Shown: positions 18,335 through 27,372 of the stretch, in pieces | Position numbering within the stretch: the first letter of the stretch is position 1 | Layout: every line of letters starts with the position of its first letter | Assembly (NCBI GenBank): GCA_035249605.1 | Contig: DATFGI010000059.1 | Coordinates: forward strand, 136 to 64,135 | Source: Acidimicrobiia bacterium | GTDB lineage: Bacteria > Actinomycetota > Acidimicrobiia > Spongiisociales > ZC4RG35 | Direction: 5' to 3' | Length of the DNA: 64,000 bases | Translations under genes and position numbers: made by a program | The notes under the pieces: generated by a model | What the model was told of the DNA's origin: nothing | Seen by the model: only the letters and a program-made list of their open reading frames with translations | The model's database searches: none

Positions 18335-19420
18335 TCAGATGGGTCGTACCGCCACGTCGTGATCGGCGTCGGGTGCGAGGAATCGGGCGAGACGGCTCGC
18401 CTCCGCCTCGACCTCGGACAGTGCCGTCTTGGTCAGTCCGGGGGCCACTCCCACCTCGATGAGGGCCCTGGCCCTCTCCTCGCTCCGCTTCCATTGGCCG
18501 GCGAGAAACCCGTCCACGAGGAGGTTGCCCAGCCGGCCCGCCGGACTGAGCCCGGAGAACACCCGGCGACGATCGGCGTGGGACAACAAGACGTTGTCGA
18601 ATTCGGGGAGGAAGCGCACCGGGGCGGGGGTGTCGGGATGAGGACGGGGGGCATCGGGCAGGTCGAATAGTTGGCGACCCTCCTCATCCCGGAACGTCAG
18701 CAGCCGGGGGCGCAGCCGGTCGAAGACATCGGCCAGACCGCCGAGATTGGCCCACGTGCGGGCGTCGGTCACCGTGGCCGGGCCGAAGGCGGCGAGATAG
18801 CGGAGAATCAGGTCGTCAGGAGCCGCCCCGGGGACCGGCTCGACTCCCAACCATTCGCGAGCCATGGCCCAGCGGGCCTGACCCTTCCGGCGCCACATCC
18901 CCCGAGGCGGGATCTGCACCACCGGGAGCAGATAGGTGACCGCCTGGGCCAAGGAAGGCGCGTCGGCGTCGGGCCAGCGCCCGGCGAGCGCCCGGGCTAG
19001 CTCGGCGCGGGTGTGAGGGTTTGCCTCGAGGAGCTGCCTTCCCGTCGACAGGAGCTGATCACGATCGAGCCCTGCGGTATTCCTGGCAAAGGGTGTGGAG
19101 TGGAACACCCGCTCCAGCACCGGGGCGGTGGCTCCGGCCATATACGGATAGTCGGCCGAGGTGACCAGGTGGATGGTGGCCCGCATCAGCTGGGCGCGCA
19201 CCACCTCCCTCTCCTCCAGGGCTGAGGACGCCGCCATCGGGTCGAAGCCGGTGAGACGTGACCAAAGGCCGATGTAGGGATCGGTCGGGTTTTGCGCCTG
19301 CAGCCCGGCGAGGTTGCCGATCGCATCGAGAAGGGGGATCGACGATCGCTCCAGGAGCAATTGACGGGCGAGGGTCGCCCGGTTGAGCTCACGACGGGTC
19401 AGCAGGCGGGTCGGGCCCAT
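18335..19420 (-). CDS. winged-helix DNA glycosylase-like protein (AlkZ/YcaQ family, HTH_42)
   Basis: N-terminal RATLARQLLLERS...GLQAQN carries the Q-phi-Q motif characteristic of AlkZ-type interstrand-crosslink glycosylases. Length 361 aa. Confidence 0.6.
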   Translation of the reverse strand: MGPTRLLTRRELNRATLARQLLLERSSIPLLDAIGNLAGLQAQNPTDPYIGLWSRLTGFDPMAASSALEEREVVRAQLMRATIHLVTSADYPYMAGATAPVLERVFHSTPFARNTAGLDRDQLLSTGRQLLEANPHTRAELARALAGRWPDADAPSLAQAVTYLLPVVQIPPRGMWRRKGQARWAMAREWLGVEPVPGAAPDDLILRYLAAFGPATVTDARTWANLGGLADVFDRLRPRLLTFRDEEGRQLFDLPDAPRPHPDTPAPVRFLPEFDNVLLSHADRRRVFSGLSPAGRLGNLLVDGFLAGQWKRSEERARALIEVGVAPGLTKTALSEVEAEASRLARFLAPDADHDVAVRPI

Positions 19421-19464
19421 GGTGGGTCACCGTAGAGCCGGATTCCCGTCCACTAGCGTCACCG

Positions 19465-20367
19465 GTGGTGGACATCGACGTCGTCGTCATCGGATCGATC
19501 AACCACGACATGACGGTGTTGACCCCGAGACTCCCCAGCCCGGGCGAGACCGTCCTCGGCACCAGCCATTATCTCGGGGGCGGGGGCAAGGGTGCCAATC
19601 AGTCGGTGGCGGCGGCGCGACTCGGGGCTCGGGTGGCCATGGTGGGCCGGGTCGGCGAGGACGAGCAGGGAGAGGCGCTGGTGGCCGCTTTGGCCATGGA
19701 GGGCATCGAGACCGTGGCGATCGGGGTCGATCCGGAGACACCCACCGGGCTCGCCGTGATCACCGTCGACGCCGCCGCGGAGAACACCATCGTGGTCAGT
19801 CCCGGGGCGAACATGACCATGACCCCAAGCCACCTCGATGAAGACCTGATCTCCTCCGCTCGCGTGGTTTTGGCACAGCTCGAGGTGCCCGTGGAGACCG
19901 TGACCGCGGCAGCCGCGGCTTGCACCGGGATCTTCATCCTCAACCCTGCCCCGGCCCGCCCGCTTCCAACCGAGCTGCTGGAGAGAGTCGACGTCCTGGT
20001 GCCCAATCGACCTGAGCTCGCCTTCCTCGTCGGCGGTCCGGAGCCGGCGGGCGCAGGCGATATGGCAGAAGCGGCCCGGCGGATCGGCCACCGGGGGTCC
20101 ACGGTGGTGACCATGGGAGCCGACGGGGCACTCCTCATCGACGACGACCGGATGGTCGGGGTCCCGGCGCCCCGGGTGGACCCGGTCGACCCCACCGGCG
20201 CCGGCGACGCCTTCTGCGGTGCGTTGGCTCACGCTCTCAGCCTGGGCGTGGACCTACTCGCGGCCGTAGAGCGAGCGGTCGTCGCCGGGGCACTGGCCAC
20301 GACCAGGCCGGGAGCGCAGACCGCGATGCCCCGCAGAGTCGAGTTGGAAGCGGCCCTGGATCGGTAA
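19465..20367 (+). CDS. rbsK: ribokinase (PfkB family)
   Basis: GTG start. NxxD and GG motifs (VVIGSINHD, LGGGGKGANQ) and the C-terminal DPTGAGDAFCGAL are present. Confidence 0.8.
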   Translation: MVDIDVVVIGSINHDMTVLTPRLPSPGETVLGTSHYLGGGGKGANQSVAAARLGARVAMVGRVGEDEQGEALVAALAMEGIETVAIGVDPETPTGLAVITVDAAAENTIVVSPGANMTMTPSHLDEDLISSARVVLAQLEVPVETVTAAAAACTGIFILNPAPARPLPTELLERVDVLVPNRPELAFLVGGPEPAGAGDMAEAARRIGHRGSTVVTMGADGALLIDDDRMVGVPAPRVDPVDPTGAGDAFCGALAHALSLGVDLLAAVERAVVAGALATTRPGAQTAMPRRVELEAALDR

Positions 20368-20377
20368 CCTGCCGCCC

Positions 20378-21310
20378 ATCGCCAGACCGATCATCATCGA
20401 CACCGACCCCGGTCAAGACGACGCGGTGGCCATCCTCCTCGCCCTCGCCAGCCCCGACGAGCTGGAGGTGCTGGCGATCACCGCCGTCGCCGGCAACGTC
20501 CCCCTCGACCTGACGGTCAGGAACTCTCTGGCTCTGGTCGAGCTGGCCGGCCGCACCGAGGTTCCGGTGCACCGGGGCGCCGCCCGCCCGATGGTCAAAG
20601 ACCTGGTCACCGCGGAGTACGTGCACGGACCGACCGGTCTCGACGGTGCCGACCTCCCCCCGCCCGAGGTCGAGGAGGCGGCGGGCCACGCCGTCGAGGC
20701 CATCATCGAGCTCGCCATGTCACGAGAGAAGGTGACCCTGTGCACCCTGGGACCTCTCACCAACGTCGGGCTGGCGCTGGTCCGGGAGCCCGACATCGTC
20801 GACCACGTCGATCAGGTGGTGATGATGGGGGGAGGCTTCTTCGAAGGAGGCAACACCACCCCGGTCGCCGAGTTCAACGTCTATGTCGACCCCCACGCCG
20901 CGCACGTGGTGTTGAGCAGCGGCATACCGGTGGTGATGATGCCCCTCGACGTAACCCACAGGGCCATCACCTCCCCGGAGCGTCTCCGGCGCTTCGGGGA
21001 GCTGGGAACCGCGTCCGGTCGTGCCGTGGAGGGAATGCTCGACTTCTACGACCGCTGGGACATGGAGAAATACGGGATGGAGGGCGGCCCCCTCCATGAC
21101 CCCACGGTGATCGCCTACCTGCTTCGCCCCGACCTGTTCGGTGGCAGAGACGTGGCCGTCGAGATCGACACCCGCCCGGGGCCGACCCTGGGGATGACCA
21201 TCGTCGACTGGTGGGGTGTGACCGGGCGGCCACCCAACGCCCGGGTGATGAACCAGATCGATGCCGACGGCTTCTTCGACCTGCTCGTGGAACGGATCGG
21301 CCGTCTCTGA
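20378..21310 (+). CDS. nucleoside hydrolase (IU-NH family); proposed ATC (AUC) start
   Basis: The IUNH signature IIIDTDPGQDDAVAI is encoded in frame upstream of the first canonical start (GTG 20426). The in-frame stop TAG is at 20267-20269, and the region 20270-20425 has no ATG/GTG/TTG. Starting at ATC 20378 gives MARPIIIDTDPGQDD, matching E. coli RihA MALPILLDCDPGHDD. It lies 10 nt after the ribokinase stop. Confidence 0.7.
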   Translation: MARPIIIDTDPGQDDAVAILLALASPDELEVLAITAVAGNVPLDLTVRNSLALVELAGRTEVPVHRGAARPMVKDLVTAEYVHGPTGLDGADLPPPEVEEAAGHAVEAIIELAMSREKVTLCTLGPLTNVGLALVREPDIVDHVDQVVMMGGGFFEGGNTTPVAEFNVYVDPHAAHVVLSSGIPVVMMPLDVTHRAITSPERLRRFGELGTASGRAVEGMLDFYDRWDMEKYGMEGGPLHDPTVIAYLLRPDLFGGRDVAVEIDTRPGPTLGMTIVDWWGVTGRPPNARVMNQIDADGFFDLLVERIGRL

Positions 21311-21329
21311 AAGAGGCTCCCATACGCGC

Positions 21330-21376
21330 AACCCAGGGTTCGTAGCGTCGGTGAGCGACGCTACGAACCCTGGGTT
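21330..21376. repeat. perfect 21-bp inverted repeat hairpin (5-nt loop) containing the palindromic AACCCWGGGTT core
   Basis: AACCCAGGGTTCGTAGCGTCG gtgag CGACGCTACGAACCCTGGGTT. It lies between the nucleoside-hydrolase stop (21310) and the second binding-protein gene (21478). It is a candidate terminator or regulatory element. Confidence 0.5.
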
Positions 21377-21477
21377 CGCTTGTTGTGGAAAGTGCCCTCA
21401 CCTCGTTTCGGGTCTAAAGTGCGCCGCGGGGTGGCTGTTCGCTGCCCCATGAATTGCAATCGGAGGAAGGTACAAAT

Positions 21478-22863
21478 ATGAAAGTCAAGAGAGGCTTGAG
21501 GCTTCTCGCGCTGTTGGCGGTCCTCGCCATGCTCGTCGCCGCGTGCGGTGGCGAGACCGGGGACACCACGACCACCGCTGCAGGTGGGGATGATGGGACC
21601 ACGACCACTGCCTCAGGGGACGATGGGACCACCACCACAGGCGGCGGAGACGGCACCACGGTCCCCGGGGAAGACCTGGGCAGCGTGACCATCGGCGCCG
21701 GCGAGCCGATCATCATCGCCTCGATCCAGACCATCTCTGGCGCCACCGCCAGCCTCGGTCAGGACCAGGTCGATGCAATCGAGATCGCAATCGCCGACCG
21801 TGGCGGGGAGCTCCTCGGGCATCCGATCGAGCTGCAGAGCGAGGACGGATTGTGCTCCGCCGATGGCGGCTCCACGGCCGCCCAGGCGATCGTGGCCAAC
21901 CCGCAGATCGTGGGCATCCTGGGCACCAGTTGCTCCGGAGCCGGCGTGCCTGCCTCACAGATCATGTCGGATGCCGGTCTGGTGATGATCTCCGGATCAA
22001 ACACCTCGCCGTCGCTGACCGCTCTGCCCTACCTGGCCGACGAGCCGTTGGAGGCGCAGGAGAACTGGCAGCCGGGCTACTTCAGGGTCTCGCACAACGA
22101 CGAGTTCCAGGGCGCCGGTGCCGCCACCTTCGCCGCCGAGGACCTGGGGGCGGCAACCGCCGTCACCATCCACGACGGTGACCCCTACACCGAGGGCCTG
22201 ACCGGGCAGTTCGGCGAGTTCTTCACCGCCGGTGGCGGTGAAGTCGTGCTGGCGACCGCGGTGAACAAGGGTGACACCGACATGCGGCCGATCCTGCAGG
22301 AGATCGAGGCTCTGGCCCCGGACATCATCTTCATGCCGATCTTCCAGCCGGAGGCGGACTTCATCGTTCAGCAGATCGGTGAGTTCCCCGGGCTGGCCGA
22401 CACCCAGTTGATGGGCGCGGACGGCCTCCTCTCCGACACCTTCGTGGTGCTTCCCGAGACCGAGGGCATGGTGTTCTCGGGTCCGGGGCAGGCATCCGGT
22501 CCGGCGTACGAGGAGTTCGTGGCCGCATACGAGGAGGCGGTGGGTACCCCGCCGATCCAGGCGTTCCACGCCCACTCCTACGACGCCGCCGTCATGCTCC
22601 TCGATGCGATCGAGGCAGTGGCGGAAGAGGATGGCGACAGCCTGGTCATCGACCGGGCGGCGTTGCGTCAGTACCTATACGACGTCGAGGGTTTCGAGGG
22701 CCTGACCGGCACTCTGGCCTGCAACGACTTCGGTGACTGCGCCAACCCCGCCATCGGCATCTTCCGCAACGACGATCCCTCCGCGGGGATCCTCGGCGTG
22801 CTGGGCAACGTGATCGGGCAAGCCAATCTGGCCGATCAGGTCGACCCGGAGAAGCTGAGCTAA
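21478..22863 (+). CDS. ABC transporter substrate-binding lipoprotein, Leu/Ile/Val-binding family (second system)
   Basis: RBS GGAGGAAGG. Signal LLALLAVLAMLVAAC, a Thr/Gly linker and a type I periplasmic-binding-protein fold. Confidence 0.8.
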   Translation: MKVKRGLRLLALLAVLAMLVAACGGETGDTTTTAAGGDDGTTTTASGDDGTTTTGGGDGTTVPGEDLGSVTIGAGEPIIIASIQTISGATASLGQDQVDAIEIAIADRGGELLGHPIELQSEDGLCSADGGSTAAQAIVANPQIVGILGTSCSGAGVPASQIMSDAGLVMISGSNTSPSLTALPYLADEPLEAQENWQPGYFRVSHNDEFQGAGAATFAAEDLGAATAVTIHDGDPYTEGLTGQFGEFFTAGGGEVVLATAVNKGDTDMRPILQEIEALAPDIIFMPIFQPEADFIVQQIGEFPGLADTQLMGADGLLSDTFVVLPETEGMVFSGPGQASGPAYEEFVAAYEEAVGTPPIQAFHAHSYDAAVMLLDAIEAVAEEDGDSLVIDRAALRQYLYDVEGFEGLTGTLACNDFGDCANPAIGIFRNDDPSAGILGVLGNVIGQANLADQVDPEKLS

Positions 22864-22935
22864 GCGCTGAATCAGCGCAAAGTACGAGTGAAGCGCCGCG
22901 TCCAGTACGCGGCGCTTCACGTTCTCTCCCTGGTT
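22864..22935 (+). terminator. two tandem hairpins plus a T-containing tail after the binding-protein gene
   Basis: GCGCTGAaTCAGCGC (22864-22878) and GTGAAGCGCCGCGTccagtACGCGGCGCTTCAC (22888-22920), followed by gttctctccctggtt. Confidence 0.5.
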
Positions 22936-22946
22936 AACGTGAACCC

Positions 22947-24020
22947 GTGGTAGCTGAGCAGGGCACCCCGAGACGACTGCACTTCGACTTCGTCGGGGCA
23001 ATCCTATGGCTGGTCCGGATTCTCGCCCTACTCGCCGTTGTGATCGGCGCCTTCGTCTCGCTGAGCAGTGGGCGTCTCTCCGTCGAGGCGTGGCTCAACT
23101 TCATCGTCATCGGAATCGGTCAGGGCGCCATATATGCCCTCATCGCCCTGGGTTACACCATGGTCTACGGCGTCCTCGGGTTCATCAACTTCGCCCACGG
23201 TGAGGTCTTCATGAGCGGCGCCATGGTTGGCGCGTTCACCGCCAACGGCCTGGCCCAGGTCGGCATGTGGGACGCCAACCCCTACCTCTCCCTGCTCATC
23301 GTCCTCCTCGTCGCCATGCTCACCTCCACCCTGATCGCCGTCCTCTTGGAGCGGGTGGCCTATCGACGTCTCCGCAATGCTCCCCGCCTCATCCCCCTGA
23401 TCACCTCGATCGGGGCGTCTTTCTTCATCCAATACGCGTTCCTCGGCCTGTTCGGGGCTCAGACACGCACCTATCCGTCCCTGAGGATCCTCGATGGCTC
23501 CTTCGACATCCTCGGGCTCACCATCGGATACGGCGAGGCGCTGGTGATCGGCTCCGCGGTGGTGATGATGTTCGGTCTCTACGTGTTCGTCGAGCGCACC
23601 AGGGCGGGACGGGCGCTGCGCGCCGTGGCCGAGGACAAAGAGATCGCCGCTCTCATGGGGGTCAACGTCAATCGCAGCATCGTGCTCACCTTCGCGGTCG
23701 GCGGAGCAATGGCCGGTGCCGCTGCCCTGCTGTTCGGGGTCGTCTTCAGGACGGTTTTCTTCTTCAGCGGCTTTCTCTTCGGGATCAAGGCGTTCACGGC
23801 TGCGGTGCTGGGCGGGATCGGCAACATCTTCGGTGCCATGCTCGGGGGGTTGACCCTGGGCATATTCGAGTCAGTGGGCCCCAGCCTGGTACTGACCGGA
23901 CTCGGCATCCCCTCGGCGCACCAACTCAAGGACGTGGTCGCCTTCCTCGCTCTCGTCCTGGTTCTGATCTTCAAGCCGACCGGGCTGCTCGGGGAGCGGC
24001 TCTCCGAGGAGCGGGCCTAG
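22947..24020 (+). CDS. branched-chain amino acid ABC permease (LivH-type, second system)
   Basis: GTG start. IGIGQGAIYALIALGYTMVYGVLGFINFAHGE matches LivH. Confidence 0.8.
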   Translation: MVAEQGTPRRLHFDFVGAILWLVRILALLAVVIGAFVSLSSGRLSVEAWLNFIVIGIGQGAIYALIALGYTMVYGVLGFINFAHGEVFMSGAMVGAFTANGLAQVGMWDANPYLSLLIVLLVAMLTSTLIAVLLERVAYRRLRNAPRLIPLITSIGASFFIQYAFLGLFGAQTRTYPSLRILDGSFDILGLTIGYGEALVIGSAVVMMFGLYVFVERTRAGRALRAVAEDKEIAALMGVNVNRSIVLTFAVGGAMAGAAALLFGVVFRTVFFFSGFLFGIKAFTAAVLGGIGNIFGAMLGGLTLGIFESVGPSLVLTGLGIPSAHQLKDVVAFLALVLVLIFKPTGLLGERLSEERA

Positions 24021-25832
24021 ATGGCCCAGGCCACCAAGACCGCGGCACCCGTCCGGCCCGACGACCGGCCGCCGCGGCGCCGTACCGGGTTCGATCTGAG
24101 AAAGGCAATCCGCTACGGAGTCATCTCGGGTGCAGCTGCCGCGTTCGTCTCGACCATCGGCATGGTCCCCGACTTCGACGGGCGCATGCTCATCGATCCC
24201 TACCTCACACTGGGCTATCTGGTGCTCTTCCTCGTCCCCTTCACCTTTGGCTGGGTGGTGGGGCGTCCCCCGCCCACCCTGGAGGGCCAGGAGCCTGCGA
24301 AGACGGGGGCGGGCAACGTCCTCGCCGGGGTGGTCGCCGGTCTCGTCGGGGGTCTGGTCCTGGTCATCCCTGTTCTGGTGGCGGCCAACTTCAACTTGAG
24401 AGCGGTCTTCGTGAACCTGTCCCCGGCCATGGTGGACACCCTCACCTTGGGACAGTCGCTTGGGGTGGGGATCGTTCTGCTGGTCGCCGGCTTCACGGTG
24501 GCCGGGGCTCTCGGCGGCGGTGTCAACACCATCTCCGATCGCTGGCGGAACCCGATCATGACCGGCTTGCTTTGGGTTGTGACCTTGGGCCTGCTCGAGG
24601 ACCTGGTCTCGCAGTTCTTCCGGGGTATCAACCTCGATGCGCTGATCGGTGTCTTCTTCGCACCGGCAGGCGGGCTCACCATCCTGGGCGCGGCGATCAT
24701 CTTCGTCGGGGTGGTCGCTTGGTCGTTGCTGCTCGCCAGGCGACCTCCGAGGATCAAGGAGAGATTCCAGGCGATGAGTCGATCCGACCGTCGCAGGTGG
24801 GGTTTTCTCGCCATCGGGGTGACCGCGGTGGTCCTGTACATGATCCCGATCGTGATGGGCGGATTCATGAGCGAGATCCTCGACCTGGTGGGGATCTACC
24901 TGCTCATGGCGCTGGGCTTGAACATCGTGGTCGGCTTCGCCGGCCTTCTCGACCTCGGCTATGTCGCATTCTTTGCGGTCGGGGCCTACATGACCGCGGT
25001 GCTCACCTCGTCGGACTCGCCGGCCTTCGCTCCCGAGCTCACCGTTTGGGCAGCACTTCCCTTCGTGATCCTGGCTGCCGCCTTCTCCGGGGTCCTGGTA
25101 GGCACACCGGTGCTGCGGATGCGTGGTGACTACCTGGCGATCGTCACCCTCGGCTTTGGCGAGATCGCCCGCATCCTCTTCCTCTCCGACTGGTTCTCGC
25201 CGGTCTTCGGCGGCGCCCAAGGGATCACGAACATCCCCTCGCCGGATGTCGGCCCGCTCGAGCTCGACACACCACCGGAGTTCTTCTACCCGATCATGCT
25301 CCTCGTCATCCTCGCCGCCTATATCTCCTGGGCGCTGTCCCACTCCCGCATCGGGCGGGCCTGGAACGCGATCCGGGAGGACGAGCCGATCGCCGAGGCG
25401 CTCGGAGTCAACATCGTCACCGCCAAGCTGTCGGCTTTCGTGGTCGGGGCCGCCCTCGCCAGCTTCTCCGGTGCACTGTTCGCCTCCAAGGTGGGGGCCG
25501 TGTTCCCCAACAGCTTCTCCATCGTGGTCTCGATCATCGTCCTGGTGATCATCATCGTCGGCGGAATGGGGAACCTGGTCGGTGTGGCCGTAGGCGCCCT
25601 GGTCATCCAGGGGCTCCCCCAGCTTCTCCGCGAGTTCGACGAGTACCGATTCCTCCTCTACGGGGGGTTGCTCATCTTCATGATGCTGGTCAAGCCCGAG
25701 GGCATCGTTCCATCACGCCAACGGGTGGCCGAGTTGCACCAGGAGGAGATGGGTCAGGATGCCTGGCTCGGAGTCGAGCACGAGAGACCGGCCGAAGACA
25801 CCACCCAAGCACCAGTAGCGAAGACGGACTGA
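24021..25832 (+). CDS. LivM-type ABC permease with roughly 290-aa N-terminal multi-TM extension
   Basis: The C-terminal 300 aa match LivM (LLDLGYVAFFAVGAYM). The N-terminal half has about 8 extra hydrophobic segments. The ATG abuts the LivH stop. Confidence 0.75.
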   Translation: MAQATKTAAPVRPDDRPPRRRTGFDLRKAIRYGVISGAAAAFVSTIGMVPDFDGRMLIDPYLTLGYLVLFLVPFTFGWVVGRPPPTLEGQEPAKTGAGNVLAGVVAGLVGGLVLVIPVLVAANFNLRAVFVNLSPAMVDTLTLGQSLGVGIVLLVAGFTVAGALGGGVNTISDRWRNPIMTGLLWVVTLGLLEDLVSQFFRGINLDALIGVFFAPAGGLTILGAAIIFVGVVAWSLLLARRPPRIKERFQAMSRSDRRRWGFLAIGVTAVVLYMIPIVMGGFMSEILDLVGIYLLMALGLNIVVGFAGLLDLGYVAFFAVGAYMTAVLTSSDSPAFAPELTVWAALPFVILAAAFSGVLVGTPVLRMRGDYLAIVTLGFGEIARILFLSDWFSPVFGGAQGITNIPSPDVGPLELDTPPEFFYPIMLLVILAAYISWALSHSRIGRAWNAIREDEPIAEALGVNIVTAKLSAFVVGAALASFSGALFASKVGAVFPNSFSIVVSIIVLVIIIVGGMGNLVGVAVGALVIQGLPQLLREFDEYRFLLYGGLLIFMMLVKPEGIVPSRQRVAELHQEEMGQDAWLGVEHERPAEDTTQAPVAKTD

Positions 25833-25837
25833 TCGAC

Positions 25838-26626
25838 ATGGCACTGCTCGAGATCCGACAACTCAAGAAGACCTTCGGGGGGCTGAAGGCGATCGAGGGG
25901 CTCGACCTGCACGTCAACCAGGGCGAGATCGTCTCCATCATCGGGCCCAACGGGGCGGGCAAGACCACCCTGTTCAACCTGATCAGCGGTTTGTTCCCCG
26001 TGGACGAGGGGGAGATGCTGTTCGACGGCCAGAGCATCAAGGGCCTTTTCCCCAACCAGGTCACCGAGCTCGGGCTGGCACGCACCTTCCAGAACGTCAG
26101 GCTGTTCCCCAACATGACGGTCCGGGAGAACGTGATGGTCGCCCGGCACTGTCGGACCAAGTCGGGCATCTTCCGCTCGATCCTGCGGACCCCCAGCTTC
26201 CGTCAGGAAGAAGCCGAGACCAAGGCCAAGGCCGAGGAAGTGCTCGGCTTCTTCGGCACCAGGTTGGTGGGCTACCGCTTCGATCAACCTGCTTTCGTGC
26301 TCTCCTACGCCAACCGGAGACGGCTCGAGATCGCCAGAGCCATGGCCACCGAACCCACGATGATCCTCCTCGACGAGCCCACCGCCGGGATGAACCCCCG
26401 TGAGACCGCCGAGCTCACCGGTCTCATCGGAAAGCTGCGGGACGAGCACGGGATCACCATCTGCATGATCGAGCACGACATGCAGGTCGTGGGGGGCGTC
26501 TCCGATCGCGTGATCTGTCTCGACTACGGGATGAAGATCGCCGAAGGCACTTATCAGGAGGTGGCCACCAACGAGCAGGTCATCGAGGCCTACCTGGGAC
26601 GACGCGCCACCGAGGAGGCCTCATGA
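25838..26626 (+). CDS. ABC ATP-binding protein (LivG-type, second system)
   Basis: Walker A GPNGAGKTT and the LivG-type insertion. Confidence 0.85.
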   Translation: MALLEIRQLKKTFGGLKAIEGLDLHVNQGEIVSIIGPNGAGKTTLFNLISGLFPVDEGEMLFDGQSIKGLFPNQVTELGLARTFQNVRLFPNMTVRENVMVARHCRTKSGIFRSILRTPSFRQEEAETKAKAEEVLGFFGTRLVGYRFDQPAFVLSYANRRRLEIARAMATEPTMILLDEPTAGMNPRETAELTGLIGKLRDEHGITICMIEHDMQVVGGVSDRVICLDYGMKIAEGTYQEVATNEQVIEAYLGRRATEEAS

Positions 26627-27351
26627 GCGAAGCGAACGGCCAGCCTGTGCTCGAGCTGCGCGGGGTGCACACCCACTACGGGCCGATCCACATCCTCAAG
26701 GACGTCAACATCTCGATCTTTCCCGGCGAGATCGTCTGTCTGCTCGGCGGCAACGCCAGCGGCAAGACCACCACGCTGAAGACGATCCTCGGCTACGTGA
26801 GCCCCACCGAGGGAGACGTCATCCTCGACGGCACGAAGATCAGCGGGATGCCGACACAGGACGTGGTGCGCGGTGGGATCTCGATGGTCCCGGAGAACCG
26901 GAGGCTCTTTCAGCGGATGACGGTGCGGGAGAACCTCGAGATGGGTCACTACATGCGTGAGGACGACGAGATCGAGGAGGATCTCGAGCACGTCTTCGAG
27001 CTCTTCCCCCGGGTGAAGGAACGGCTCGGCCAGAGAGCGGGCACCTTGTCCGGTGGCGAGCAGCAGATGGTGGCGGTGGGCCGCGCCCTGATGGCCCGCC
27101 CCAAGGTGCTGCTCATGGATGAGCCCTCGATGGGCCTGGCTCCGGTCCTCGTGGAGCAGAACTTCGACATCATCGAACAGATCAACGATGCGGGCACCAC
27201 CGTCTTCATGGTGGAACAGAACGCCAATATGGCCCTCTCCATCGCGGACCGCGGCTATGTGTTGCAGACCGGCGAGATCGTCCTCGAGGACTCGTCGCAA
27301 GGTCTGCTCGCCAACCCGCAGATGCGAAAGGCCTATCTCGGGGAAACCTGA
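26623..27351 (+). CDS. ABC ATP-binding protein (LivF-type, second system)
   Basis: ATGA overlap with LivG. Contains GGNASGKTTTLKTILG and LSGGEQQMVAVGRAL. Confidence 0.85.
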   Translation: MSEANGQPVLELRGVHTHYGPIHILKDVNISIFPGEIVCLLGGNASGKTTTLKTILGYVSPTEGDVILDGTKISGMPTQDVVRGGISMVPENRRLFQRMTVRENLEMGHYMREDDEIEEDLEHVFELFPRVKERLGQRAGTLSGGEQQMVAVGRALMARPKVLLMDEPSMGLAPVLVEQNFDIIEQINDAGTTVFMVEQNANMALSIADRGYVLQTGEIVLEDSSQGLLANPQMRKAYLGET

Positions 27352-27372
27352 GCCGGTGCACCGGGAGGTGTG

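Noticed and set aside
20270-20426. A +1 programmed frameshift fusing ribokinase to the nucleoside hydrolase.
   Set aside because: The ribokinase ends at a normal TAA with its complete C-terminal motif, and the hydrolase frame yields a perfect stand-alone N-terminus from ATC 20378. Coupled re-initiation is the simpler explanation.
21330-21345. tRNA-like GGTTCG T-loop sequence.
   Set aside because: No cloverleaf, acceptor stem or anticodon arm around it. It is part of the 21-bp inverted repeat.
27353-27364. 12-bp palindrome CCGGTGCACCGG between the convergent LivF and CGNR genes.
   Set aside because: Too short (4-bp stem, 4-nt loop) to call a terminator. Likely chance in a GC-rich genome.
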